Origin: Ionaspis alba
Lineage: Eukaryota
DNA length: 40,325 nucleotides
NCBI GenBank assembly: GCA_964255285.1
Contig: CAXUUL010000063.1
Coordinates: forward strand, 1 to 40,325
Direction of reading: 5' to 3'
A model generated the notes under the pieces. The model did no database searches. It saw only the letters and a list, made by a program, of their open reading frames with translations, and had not been told where the DNA came from. The position numbers and the translations under genes are program-made. This document shows, piece by piece, positions 23,361 to 35,066 of this stretch (position 1 is the stretch's first letter; the number at the start of each line of letters is the position of its first letter).

Positions 23361-23717
23361 GATGGATCGGTTGCTGTAAGTAAGGTGACGTTCGTCCTCG
23401 TCGCGATATTTTGAAGTTGTTCATGAAGCCAGGGCTCAATGTGGGCGCTAACCGAAAATGCTAGCTCAACACTAGCGCGTTCTGCAAAACATCTAAGAGA
23501 ACGAAGCGGCAACGACTCTTGCTCTACACCAGGGCATCATCGCTGGCAAACCCCACCACCGAGGTTGAGGAAGGTTAAGGCTCCAGTTTTTTCAGCGCCG
23601 AGACCTTGCAACAAGTCTTTCTCAAAGCTCACTGCTGCCTGCATGATTCCGTGGAGCGCGAGGTATCGAAAAGATCGCCTCTACATTCGTTAGAGCATCG
23701 AGAAATTTTCGCGCAAG

Positions 23718-26700
23718 ATGTCGTCTCTTCCCCCACCTCCGCCCCCAGGATGGGGAGCATCCGGGTCTCCTGGTATGCCTATAGCTCCTCCACCGCCAGG
23801 CTACCGGCCACCTGCGGACCCTCAGGTCGCAAAGTTCGCCCAGAAGAAGAAAGAGTGGCTGCGATCTCAACGAAATCGCTTCGGAGAGAAACGAAAAGCC
23901 GGATTTGTGGAGACACAAAAGGCTGACATGCCTCCGGAGCATCTACGGAAGATCGTGAAAGACATAGGAGATGTGTCGCAAAAGAAATTCAGCAGCGACA
24001 AGCGGAGTTATCTTGGAGCTCTAAAGTTCATGCCTCACGCTGTGCTGAAACTGCTGGAGAACATGCCGATGCCCTGGGAGTCTTCGAGAGAGGTAAAAGT
24101 GTTGTACCACGTCAACGGCTGTTTGACACTTGTGAATGAGATACCGAGGGTTATCGAGCCGGTGTTCCATGCCCAGTGGGCAACCATGTGGGTGTGCATG
24201 AGGAGAGAGAAGAGCGATAGAAGGCATTTCAAGCGGATGAGATTTCCACCGTTCGACGATGAAGAACCGCCTCTGTCATGGTCGGAGAATATTGAGGACG
24301 TGGAGCCTCTCGAACCTATACAGATGGAGCTTGATGAGGTCGAGGATGGGCCGGTCTATGACTGGTTCTACGAACATCGGCCTCTGCTGGATACGTCTCA
24401 CGTCAACGGGCTAAGCTACAAAGAATGGAATCTTACACTTCCCCAGATGGCCACACTCTACAGGTTGAGTCACCAGCTATTAAGTGACCTCGTTGATCCA
24501 AATTACTTTCACATGTTTGACTTGAAGAGCTTCTTGACTGCCAAAGCGCTAAACGTCGCAATACCTGGTGGTCCACGGTTTGAGCCACTGTACAAAGACG
24601 TCGATCCCAACGACGAGGACTTTGGCGAGTTCAACGCCATCGATCGCATCATCTTTCGTGCTCCCATACGAACAGAGTATCGTGTCGCTTTCCCGTACCT
24701 CTACAACTCTCTTCCTCGAAGTGTTCAGCTTTCTTGGCACTCCTATCCACAAGTCGTTTATGTTCGCGCCGAAGATCCAAGCCTTCCTGCGTTCTACTTC
24801 GATCCGGTCATCAACCCAATATCCTCGAGATCCGTGGCTCCGAAGAATCTCACGGTCAGCCATGAGGATGAGATCTTCGGATATGGCAATGCCGAGGACG
24901 AGGAATTTACTCTTCCGGGAAACATGGAGCCCTTCCTTGCAGATGAGGGACTATACACTAGCGAAACGTCATCTGCAATCGCTCTATGGTGGGCGCCGTT
25001 CCCATTTGATCGTCGATCTGGGAAGATGGTTCGAGCTCAAGACGTGCCTCTCGTGAAGCAGTGGTATCTCGAACATTGTCCTCAGGGACAACCAGTCAAA
25101 GTCCGAGTGTCATATCAGAAACTACTCAAGAGCTACGTCTTGAACGAGCTTCATAAGAAGAAGCCGAAGGCTCAAAGCAAGCAAAATCTGTTGACCAATC
25201 TCAAGGCTACCAAGTTCTTCCAGCAGACCACTATCGACTGGGTTGAAGCCGGTCTTCAAGTCTGTCGTCAGGGGTTTAACATGTTAAATTTACTGATTCA
25301 CCGCAAGAACTTGACATACCTCCATCTTGACTACAACTTCAATCTCAAACCTGTGAAAACTCTGACGACAAAAGAGAGAAAGAAGTCTCGATTCGGGAAT
25401 GCGTTCCATTTGATGCGCGAGATTCTGCGATTGACAAAATTAATTGTGGATGCACAAGTACAATATCGTCTGGGCAACATCGACGCTTTCCAGCTGGCTG
25501 ATGGTATTCTCTATGCTTTCAACCATGTCGGACAGCTTACCGGCATGTATCGTTACAAGTACAAACTTATGCACCAGATTCGATCTTGCAAAGACTTGAA
25601 ACATTTGATATACTATCGTTTCAATTCGGGACCCGTCGGAAAGGGTCCTGGCTGTGGTTTCTGGGCTCCAGCGTGGAGGGTGTGGCTCTTCTTCCTGCGA
25701 GGTATCATACCGCTGCTTGAGCGATGGCTTGGAAATCTACTGTCACGGCAGTTTGAGGGTCGCCACAGCAAAGGCGTGGCAAAGACGGTCACAAAACAGC
25801 GTGTTGAGTCACATTTCGATCTCGAACTTCGAGCATCAGTGATGGCTGATCTTATGGACATGATGCCTGAGGGAATTAAGCAGAACAAGGTCAACACAGT
25901 CCTTCAGCATCTGTCTGAAGCCTGGAGATGCTGGAAGAGTAATATTCCTTGGAAAGTACCTGGTCTTCCTGCGCCAATCGAGAACATCATCCTGAGATAT
26001 GTCAAGAGCAAATCCGACTGGTGGATTTCGGTGGCACACTACAACAGAGAACGTATTAGGAGGGGTGCGACAGTGGACAAGACAGTGGCGAAGAAGAACC
26101 TAGGACGTTTGACAAGATTGTGGCTCAAAGCCGAGCAGGAAAGACAGCATAATTACATGAAGGATGGGCCATATGTCTCGTCCGAGGAAGCTGTCGCCAT
26201 CTACACAACGACTGTCCACTGGCTTGAGTCACGGAAATTCTCTCCAATTCCATTTCCCGCCGTCTCTTATAAACACGACACCAAGATCCTGATACTTGCG
26301 CTTGAGCGGCTCCGAGAGGCATACTCCGTCAAGGGACGTCTCAATCAAAGTCAAAGAGAAGAACTCGCTCTCATCGAACAAGCCTACGATTCGCCTGGCA
26401 CCACGCTGACACGAATCAAGCGCTTCCTGCTCACCCAGCGTGCTTTCAAGGAAGTCGGGATCGATATGAATGACAACTACAGCAGCATCAACCCTGTCTA
26501 CGATATTGAGCCTATTGAGAAAATCACTGACGCATACCTTGATCAATATCTATGGTATCAGGCAGAACAACGACATCTCTTCCCTGCGTGGATCAAGCCC
26601 TCAGACTCTGAAGTACCACCTCTGCTCACATACAAATGGGCCCAAGGTATCAACAATCTCAGCAACGTTTGGGAGACTGCGGACGGAGAGTGTAATGTCA

Positions 26701-29700
26701 TGATCGAGACTCAACTTTCCAAGATCTATGAGAAAATCGATCTAACACTCCTCAATCGCCTCTTAAGATTGATCATGGATCACAATCTTGCAGACTACAT
26801 ATCCTCGAAAAACAATGTTCAGCTCAACTACAAGGATATGAATCACACCAACAGCTATGGGATGATTAGAGGCTTGCAGTTCGCGGCTTTTGTGTTTCAA
26901 TACTACGGCTTGGTCATGGATCTTCTGATACTGGGTCTACAGCGAGCAACAGAGATCGCGGGACCGCCACAAAGTCCCAACGATTTCCTTCAATTCAGAG
27001 ACAAGTCTGCAGAGACTAGACATCCAATTCGTCTCTATACCCGATACATTGACCGCATTTGGGTCTTCCTTCGTTTCACAGCTGACGAGTCGAGAGATCT
27101 TATTCAGCGATTTCTTACCGAGCAGCCTGATCCTAATTTCGAGAATGTGATCGGTTATCGGAACAAGAAATGTTGGCCCCGAGATTCCAGGATGAGACTA
27201 ATGCGACATGACGTGAACCTAGGCAGAGCTGTATTTTGGGATCTGAAGAATCGGCTGCCGAGATCGATCACTACCATTGAGTGGGATGATACCTTCGCAA
27301 GCGTCTACAGTCGTGACAACCCCAATCTGCTGTTTTCAATGTGTGGTTTTGAAGTTCGAATTCTGCCCAAGATCCGCAACCAGAACGAAGAATTCCCTGT
27401 CAAGGACAGTGTCTGGTCACTCGTGAACAACGAGACTAAGGAGAGAACTGCTCACGCTTTCTTACAAGTCACAGATGAAGACATTCAAAAGTTCAATAAT
27501 CGCATTCGACAAATCTTGATGTCCTCTGGCTCCACTACTTTTACCAAGATTGCAAATAAGTGGAATACCAGTTTGATCGCACTCTTCACGTACTATCGTG
27601 AAGCTGCTGTATCGACCGTCGGACTACTCGATACTATCGTCAAGTGCGAAACGAAGATCCAGACTCGAGTTAAGATTGGTCTCAATTCCAAGATGCCTTC
27701 CCGCTTCCCACCCGCGGTCTTCTACACTCCCAAGGAGTTGGGTGGACTTGGAATGATCTCGGGATCGCATATTTTGATCCCGACGAGTGACAAGCGATGG
27801 TCGAAGCAGACAGATACTGGTGTTACCCACTACCGTTCTGGTATGACACATGACGAAGAGACTTTGATTCCGAACATCTTTCGTTATATCATCCCTTGGG
27901 AAGCTGAGTTCATCGATTCTCAGCGAGTGTGGACCGAGTACTCTCAAAAGCGACAGGAGGCGAACCAACAAAACAGACGATTGACACTTGAGGATCTCGA
28001 GGATAGTTGGGACCGTGGTCTTCCACGTATCAACACTTTGTTCCAAAAAGACAGGAGTACGCTCAGCTTCGATAAGGGATTCCGTGCTCGTACTGAATTC
28101 AAGACGTATCAGCTGATGAAGAGCAACCCGTTCTGGTGGACAAGTCAACGGCACGACGGCAAGCTGTGGAACCTGAACGCATATCGAACGGATGTCATTC
28201 AGGCACTCGGTGGTGTTGAGACAATCCTTGAACATACTCTCTTCAAGGCGACGGCATTTCCCTCGTGGGAAGGTCTCTTCTGGGAAAAAGCCTGTCTCGC
28301 TAACGGAACCATGCTGCTGCGCCACGATGGCTCTAAGATCGCCGTAGAAGACGTTGTCGAAGGAGATCTGCTTTTAGGTCCCGATGGTGGCCCCCGTCGC
28401 GCATTCAATGTGGTGAAAGGGACAGATCTTCTGTATCGCATCAAGATTGGTTCTCGGAAAGAGGATCTCGTTGTTACACCAAATCATATCTTGGTTCTAC
28501 ACCGAGAGAAGAGATACAGGAGCCAATACAACGGATTACACGTTCGAGGCCATCGTTCACGCTTCGAGGACCTGCTCGGCGACCTGCCCGACCCGAGTTC
28601 TGATCCTGCGAATTCACGCAGCTACGCATTCTCTATGCTACCTGGCTCTGACGCAGAGCATGTTGTTGAGCATGTACCTCTGGAAGCGCCACAGGTCTCC
28701 GTAGCTGAGCGCTACGATACTGTTGAAATGAATGCCATCGATTTTGCATCTCTCGAGCCTGCAGAGAGGGCCAAGTTCAGACTTTTCAGGTGCCCCGGTT
28801 TTGAGCTGCCTGAGCAGACGGTGCCAGTCAACCCATATTTTCTCGGGCTTTGGCTAGGCGATGGAACGCGTAACAGCACTACTATTTACAGCAACCATGA
28901 AGCTGCAATCCGTGAGTTTCTTGCCTGTTATGCTGCTGAAATCGACCTTCATCTTGTTTGGCATGGGCAGCTCGGCTACGCTACTGTGTGCAGGACTCGT
29001 CTCATTGATCGTCCTCTTCCTCTTGGCCGTGAGAACGCTGCGCCTCAGCGCCCAGCCAGGCGTCAAGCGCGGCAGACCATTATCAAGCAGCGCCTTGCTG
29101 CTGGATGGACTATCCAGCCCGAACGTGTTCATGGCCAGGCTCGTGTTTGGCAAGCGCCTCAGGAAGGAGACGAAAACAAAGAGAACGAGGGCCTCGAAAT
29201 CATCGATCTCACCAAGTCATTGCCTATAAAGGCATTTCAGCAGCGTGTAGCAAAGCATGCCCTGAGCTCGAGCGCTGCAAACTTGCCAGCGCGGCGCCAG
29301 CGCCCTCGAACAACGTTAGATCACGACTTCCTATTATCTTGCTCTTCTTCCCCATTGTCTTGCCCTTCTAACAGCAGTGATAAACGCTCTCAATCTGCCG
29401 AGCTGATCACTGAAAAGGCTCTGATGCAACTCAGGTCCGATGACGAGCTTCATAAGCTCGTCGGTTCTCCGGACGTGTCTGAACAGCATGTTACTGATGA
29501 CCTACCAGAGGAGGATGATGAGGAACTGAACGACGTCGATTTCGACATAATTGATGCTTTGAGTGAGGNNNNNNNNNNNNNNNNNNNNNNNNNNNNNNNN
29601 NNNNNNNNNNNNNNNNNNNNNNNNNNNNNNNNNNNNNNNNNNNNNNNNNNNNNNNNNNNNNNNNNNNNGATGATGAGGAACTGAACGACGTCGATTTCGA

Positions 29701-32700
29701 CATAATTGATGCTTTGAGTGAGGACGAAGATGACGGTGATGAAGAGGGCGAGTTCAAAGACAATGTCAAGAGCAGCGACGACGAGAGTGCTGAGATCATC
29801 ACTGAAGGTTATCATGGCCGACCATCGCGCTTTGAGCGTCAACGTGTTACTCGTTTGGAAGCTGGTCGCCGAGCGTATGGCAATCTACAGCACGAGGAAG
29901 AAGAAGAACTTGCCGAGCAGATCGTCGACCATTCAGAGGTACTCGCTGGCGTCAATACGCTTCTCCTGGCGCTCCGCGGACTCGGAGTGCTCACGACAGA
30001 AACCAGGCACCCCGATGCTGACCGAAAGCGTATTCCAGAGGTCTTTCTGAAAGATACACGAGCTGTCCGCCTTGCCGTCCTTGCAGGCCTGCTTGACACT
30101 GACGGTTGGTACGTTTATCCCAAGAACATGTTCGGCTTCGCCCAGAGCGAGCGCTGGCACTCTGGTCTTTTTTGGGATGCTGTTGCCCTAGCACGTTCTC
30201 TGGGCTTCAGTGTATGGACAAAGCGGCGTATGATGTGGAATCCAACTCGCACGCAACAGTTTCCTCAGTTGGTTGCTCAGATATTTGGCAACCTGGCGGA
30301 AATCCCTTCTCTGCTAGCGCGCAAGAAAGCTGTCGACCGTTTCATTCCACAAGCTCATAGCTTTATCATCAAAGACATCTCCCTCGAATCGACGCCCTCG
30401 AAATGGGCTGGTTTCCGTGTCGATAAAGATCAGCTGTACTTGCGTCATGATTACCTTGTGCTTCACAATAGTGGCTTTGAGGAGTCCATGAAATTCAAGA
30501 AGTTGACCAATGCTCAACGTTCCGGTCTCAATCAAATCCCCAATCGTCGATTCACTTTATGGTGGTCGCCAACGATCAACCGGGCCAACGTTTACGTCGG
30601 GTTTCAAGTCCAGCTGGATCTAACTGGTATCTTCTTGCACGGCAAGATTCCAACACTCAAAATCTCTTTGATCCAGATTTTTCGCGCCCATTTGTGGCAG
30701 AAGATCCATGAATCTGTGGTTATGGATCTTTGCCAAGTGTTTGACCAGGAGTTGGACAGCCTAGGAATTGAGACAGTCCAGAAAGAAACTATTCATCCGC
30801 GAAAGTCTTACAAGATGAATAGCTCTTGTGCTGATATCCTCTTGTTTGCAACCCACAAGTGGAACGTTACTAGACCGTCTATTCTCTTCGACACCAAGGA
30901 CATCACTGAAGCTACTACGACCAACAAATTTTGGATCGATGTTCAACTTCGATATGGCGATTACGATTCCCATGATATTGAGAGATATGTTCGCGCCAAG
31001 TACCTGGACTACACTACCGACAGTATGAGCATCTATCCCTCCGCCACAGGTCTGATGATCGGTATTGATCTGGCTTATAATTTGTATTCTGCTTACGGGC
31101 AGTACTTCCCTGGTCTGAAGACTCTGATCCAGCAGGCTATGGCGAAGATCATGAAAGCCAATCCTGCCCTTTATGTCTTGCGCGAACGTATCCGAAAGGG
31201 TCTGCAGCTCTACGCTTCGGAAAGCAACCAGGAATTCCTAAATTCGCAGAACTACTCAGAGCTCTTCAGCAACCAAATCCAGCTCTTCATTGATGACACT
31301 AACGTCTATCGCGTTACGATTCACAAAACATTCGAAGGAAACTTGACTACCAAGCCAATCAACGGTGCGATCTTCATCTTTAATCCGAAGACCGGGCAGC
31401 TCTTCCTCAAGATTATTCATACTAGCGTCTGGGCCGGGCAGAAACGTCTCGGCCAGCTAGCAAAGTGGAAGACCGCTGAGGAAGTGGCCGCGCTAATCCG
31501 ATCACTACCTGTGCAAGAGCAGCCAAAGCAGTTAATTGTCACACGAAAAGGACTCCTAGACCCGCTCGAGGTGCATCTTCTTGACTTTCCCAATATCTCT
31601 ATCCGAGCTTCTGAACTTCAGTTGCCATTTCAAGCCGCGATGAAGGTTGAAAAGCTGGGAGACATGATTCTTCGAGCCACAGAGCCGAAGATGATCCTTT
31701 GCAACCTGTATGACGAGTGGCCAAAGACCATATCCTCTTACACGGCCTTCTCCCGTCTCGTCCTGATCCTTCGTGCATTGCACGTCAACCAAGATAAGAC
31801 GAAGCTTCTCTTACGTCCTGACAAGACCGTCATCACTCAAGACCATCACATTTGGCCCACGCTATCCGATGAAGATTGGATCAAGGTTGAGGTGCAGTTA
31901 CGAGATCTTATTCTCAACGACTACGGAAAGAAGAACAACGTTAATACGTCAAGCTTGACAAGCAGTGAAGTGAGAGACATCATTCTGGGTATGGAGATCA
32001 GTGCGCCATCCATGCAAAGACAACAAGCTGCAGAGATCGAGAAGCAACAGCAGGAGCAACAGCAACTGACAGCCGTTACGACAAAGACGCAAAACGTTCA
32101 CGGCGAGGAGATCATCGTAACAACGACCTCACAATTCGAACAGCAATCATTTGCTTCTAAGACCGAATGGCGCACTCGAGCCATTGCCACTTCGAATTTG
32201 CGGACTCGTGCGAATAACATCTATATCTCCTCCGACGACATCCGGGAAGATGGTCACTTTACTTACATCATGCCTAAGAACATCCTCAAGCGCTTCATCA
32301 CCATCGCGGATCTTCGCGTCCAAGTGGCCGGCTACCTCTACGGCAGCTCACCACCCGACAACGATCAAGTCAAAGAAGTCCGCACTATTGTTATGATTCC
32401 ACAAGTCGGAAACACGCGTGATGTACAATTGCCCCACCAGCTACCGCAGCATGAGTACCTCTCAGCCATGGAACCGCTTGGCATGATTCATACAGTCTCT
32501 GGCAACGAACCGCCCTACATGACCGCCATGGACGTGACACAGCACGCTCGCCTTATGAACGCTCACTCCGCCTGGGACAAGAAGACCGTCACCATGACTG
32601 TATCTTTCACCCCTGGATCCGTGTCTCTCGCCGCCTGGGCGCTCACACCTCAGGGCTACAAATGGGGTGCTGAGAACAAAGATCTAAGCAGCGAGCAGCC

Positions 32701-32962
32701 TCAAGGCTTCTCGACTAGTATGGGCGAGAAGTGCCAATTGCTTCTTAGTGACAAGATTAGAGGGTATTTCTTGGTACCAGAGAGTAATCTGTGGAACTAT
32801 AGTTTCATGGGGAGCTCGTTCGGGGGCGTGGAGAAGAAGGCTGTGTTTGTGAAGCTCGATACACCATTACCTTTCTATGCTGATCAGCATCGGCCGTTGC
32901 ACTTTCAGAATTTCGCTGAGTTGGAGGATATTTGGGTTGATAGGACGGATAATTTTGCATGA
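23718..32962 (+). CDS. PRP8: Pre-mRNA splicing factor Prp8, intein-containing precursor (about 3029 aa; mature about 2355 aa)
   Basis: Unmistakable Prp8 sequence (MPPEHLRKI..., [37 protein letters not shown], RNase H-like and Jab1/MPN regions). The two ORF halves join in frame once 100 N plus the 55-bp duplication (155 nt) are removed. Confidence 0.98.
28293..30469 (+). mobile_element. PRP8 intein with LAGLIDADG homing endonuclease (about 674 aa after gap collapse)
   Basis: Inserted between FWEKA and SGFEES. Block A CLANGT; block [12 protein letters not shown] (TxxH); block [14 protein letters not shown] (28827-28865); KRIP; block [10 protein letters not shown] (30080-30106); block H ALARSLGF; blocks [24 protein letters not shown], then Ser+1. 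Confidence 0.97.
29514..29723. other. Scaffold gap (29569-29668) with 55-bp flanking duplication inside the intein
   Basis: 29514-29568 is identical to 29669-29723. Confidence 0.95.
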
Positions 32963-33230
32963 GCGGGCCATGGGAGCACTGACGGGAAAGTCAAGAAAAG
33001 GAGCTTGCGAAGGGAATGGAATGGCTACTATGTATTTCGGCGTCGGTGTAGATTAGCGTTGCTGTAATTAGGATAAAATCGGTAGTCGATACCAGAGGCA
33101 TCTATACACCCATATGAGCGAATATTGTTGCGATAGTAGCCTTTGAGAACAGAGCAGCTTTGGTATTCTACATCTGTACGCGCCGCTTCTTACGAACCGT
33201 TCCACCACGTCCCTCCCAGAGTTCCTTCTT

Positions 33231-34079
33231 CTACCGATACTCGGGTCTCACAAAGTCGGCGAATGTCTTCGGCTCTTCGTAGTTGTGCGATCCATCACCA
33301 TCTATAGACAAATGCATCAGTCTCGTGTTTGCGAACTATTATCGAAAGGAGTGGCGTACGCTCTTCTCCATGCCCATGGTGCGCATGTGGATCATCCATT
33401 GGCCCAACGTACTCCATCTTCAGCACGTTTCCGCACTCAGGGCATCGCTCGACTGGTCGATCTCGGGACATCTAAGGAGCGAAACCTCAGCACTTTCTGC
33501 GACGGAGATTTTGCGTGGATGGTTTGTTTTACCGTCAACCAGATCGTGACATGCGAATCAGCTGGGTAGCCCGTGCATCCAGCGTATTGCTCATCGCCGA
33601 AGGACTTGACGATAATGGGATTGTCGAGTGTGCCTTTCCGCGACGCATCTAAGGGCTTCATGTCGAAGATGTCCACTCCCTGCATCTTTCCCAAAATCTC
33701 AAGACGCTCTAGACCGGTTGCTTGTTCGAGATCTGTGGGCACTGTTCCAGGCTTTGCGCCTAGCGGGAGGAGGTCGGCTTCGGTCTTGACCTCTGATGCA
33801 GCGAGATCCATTAGCTATCGTGTTCTTCGATACTCTTCCACTTGGAGATTTCTTTCAAGACAGACCTTCGAAAGGCACCATTCTCCCAGGGACATTCCCT
33901 GGTGGTTGTTTCTCAGGAGGGATCTCGGATCCTAAAGCTCCTCGTTAGCTAAGGGGCATGGGACAACGAGAAGGATTGTTCGGCGTACGGCGGACGAGAC
34001 ATGATGTGAAGCTCCGCGAAGTAGTGGACTTAATGCAGGATCGTCTTGCCAAGGTAATGGCAGAGCGTCGAATGAACAT
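33231..34079 (-). CDS. COX4: Cytochrome c oxidase subunit IV (COX5B family), mitochondrial
   Basis: Presequence MFIRRSAITLARR. Motifs GAKPGTVPTDLEQATGLERLEILGK, GCTGYPADSH, ERCPECGNV, EPKTFADFVRPEYR*. Four GT-AG introns. Confidence 0.95.
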
Positions 34080-34352
34080 TGTGAGCAATTGAGCGTTTTG
34101 TGGTAGCTGCTGGATTTGGAGCTCGCTGGTTTGAGGATGACCGTGATACGCATAGGTTAGTCAGCGATGCCAAGCCCTGCCTTATTTGTGGACTCTTCTC
34201 TTGGAGGAATATTACACATCGCGACTCTTCCAAAATGATATTTACGTTACAGTATCCTAGCTCGTCGTCTGGATCATAATTGTCCTCAAATATGGTTGGA
34301 ACAGCCTGTCTTTCCTTCAATAATGCAGCAATTGGAAGATCTTTTCCACGGC

Positions 34353-35066
34353 TCATCTACAGGACATTATCGCGCTTACAATCATCTTTCCTGCTCTCGA
34401 CCTATACAACATTTCATATGCTCCTGTTTTATCTTTTCTCTTATGTATACCGTATACTCCTACGCGGACATTAGTTCGCCGCTCCCTTGCGGGAGTCCTG
34501 CTATTTTTCTGGCTTGTGGTTTGATGCCTCCTCTTCGCAAGTGGTCGGGAGACACGCAGATGGGGTCTCAAGCAATCTTTCTCGTGCCGCCTTTGAGGAA
34601 ATACTTGGGACCTAGACCAATCTGGAATTCGTATTAGACATACATGACATCTCTCAACCACACGAGCCCAAGCCAAGCATACCGCAAGGACCAGCGCATG
34701 AGCCCATTCCCACCACACCAGCGACGGCCATGGCTCCCTCCATGATAGGAACCATGCGCCGCCAATGATTCTAAATGGTACCGTGGCAAGCATGTATGTT
34801 TCGTTGTGCTGCCATACTGCGAGAAGGTTGTAAACGGTAATGGTGATGGCAGCCATGGCTAAAGGCAGTCCATGATGTTATTGGATGTTCTTGGGGACTT
34901 GTCTCGACAGGACAGCGTGCCTACCTATCGCCCTGACGGCTTCGACACTCTCAATATGTAGATATGTGGCTGCGTAAGAGGGGTCATACATCTGGAAGAG
35001 AGCATTGCAAATCGACAGGATGGATAGGACGCCAAAGAGGCGGTCTGTCAAGGATTGGTTGAACAT
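34353..35066 (-). CDS. Small multi-pass membrane hypothetical protein (3' end uncertain)
   Basis: ATG at 35066 and intron 34859-34924 give MFNQSLTDRLFGVLSILSICNALF...AI|AMAAITITVYNLLAVWQHNETYMLATVPFRIIGGAWFLSWREPWPSLVWWEWAHALVLAVCLAW. A further intron (34460-34643, GTATGT...ACTAAT...TAG) is possible. Confidence 0.6.

Noticed and set aside
29569..29714. Split PRP8, split (trans-splicing) intein or programmed frameshift
   Set aside because: The frame change is fully explained by 100 N plus a 55-bp duplicated overlap; collapsing them gives one ORF.
24021..32396. Numerous short alternative-frame and antisense ORFs within PRP8 (and similarly within PHO8, UTR2 and the MFS gene)
   Set aside because: Shadow ORFs expected from the codon bias of the real genes.
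16669..34079. Respiratory gene cluster (NDUFAF3 and COX4)
   Set aside because: They are about 16 kb apart with unrelated genes between, which is consistent with chance.
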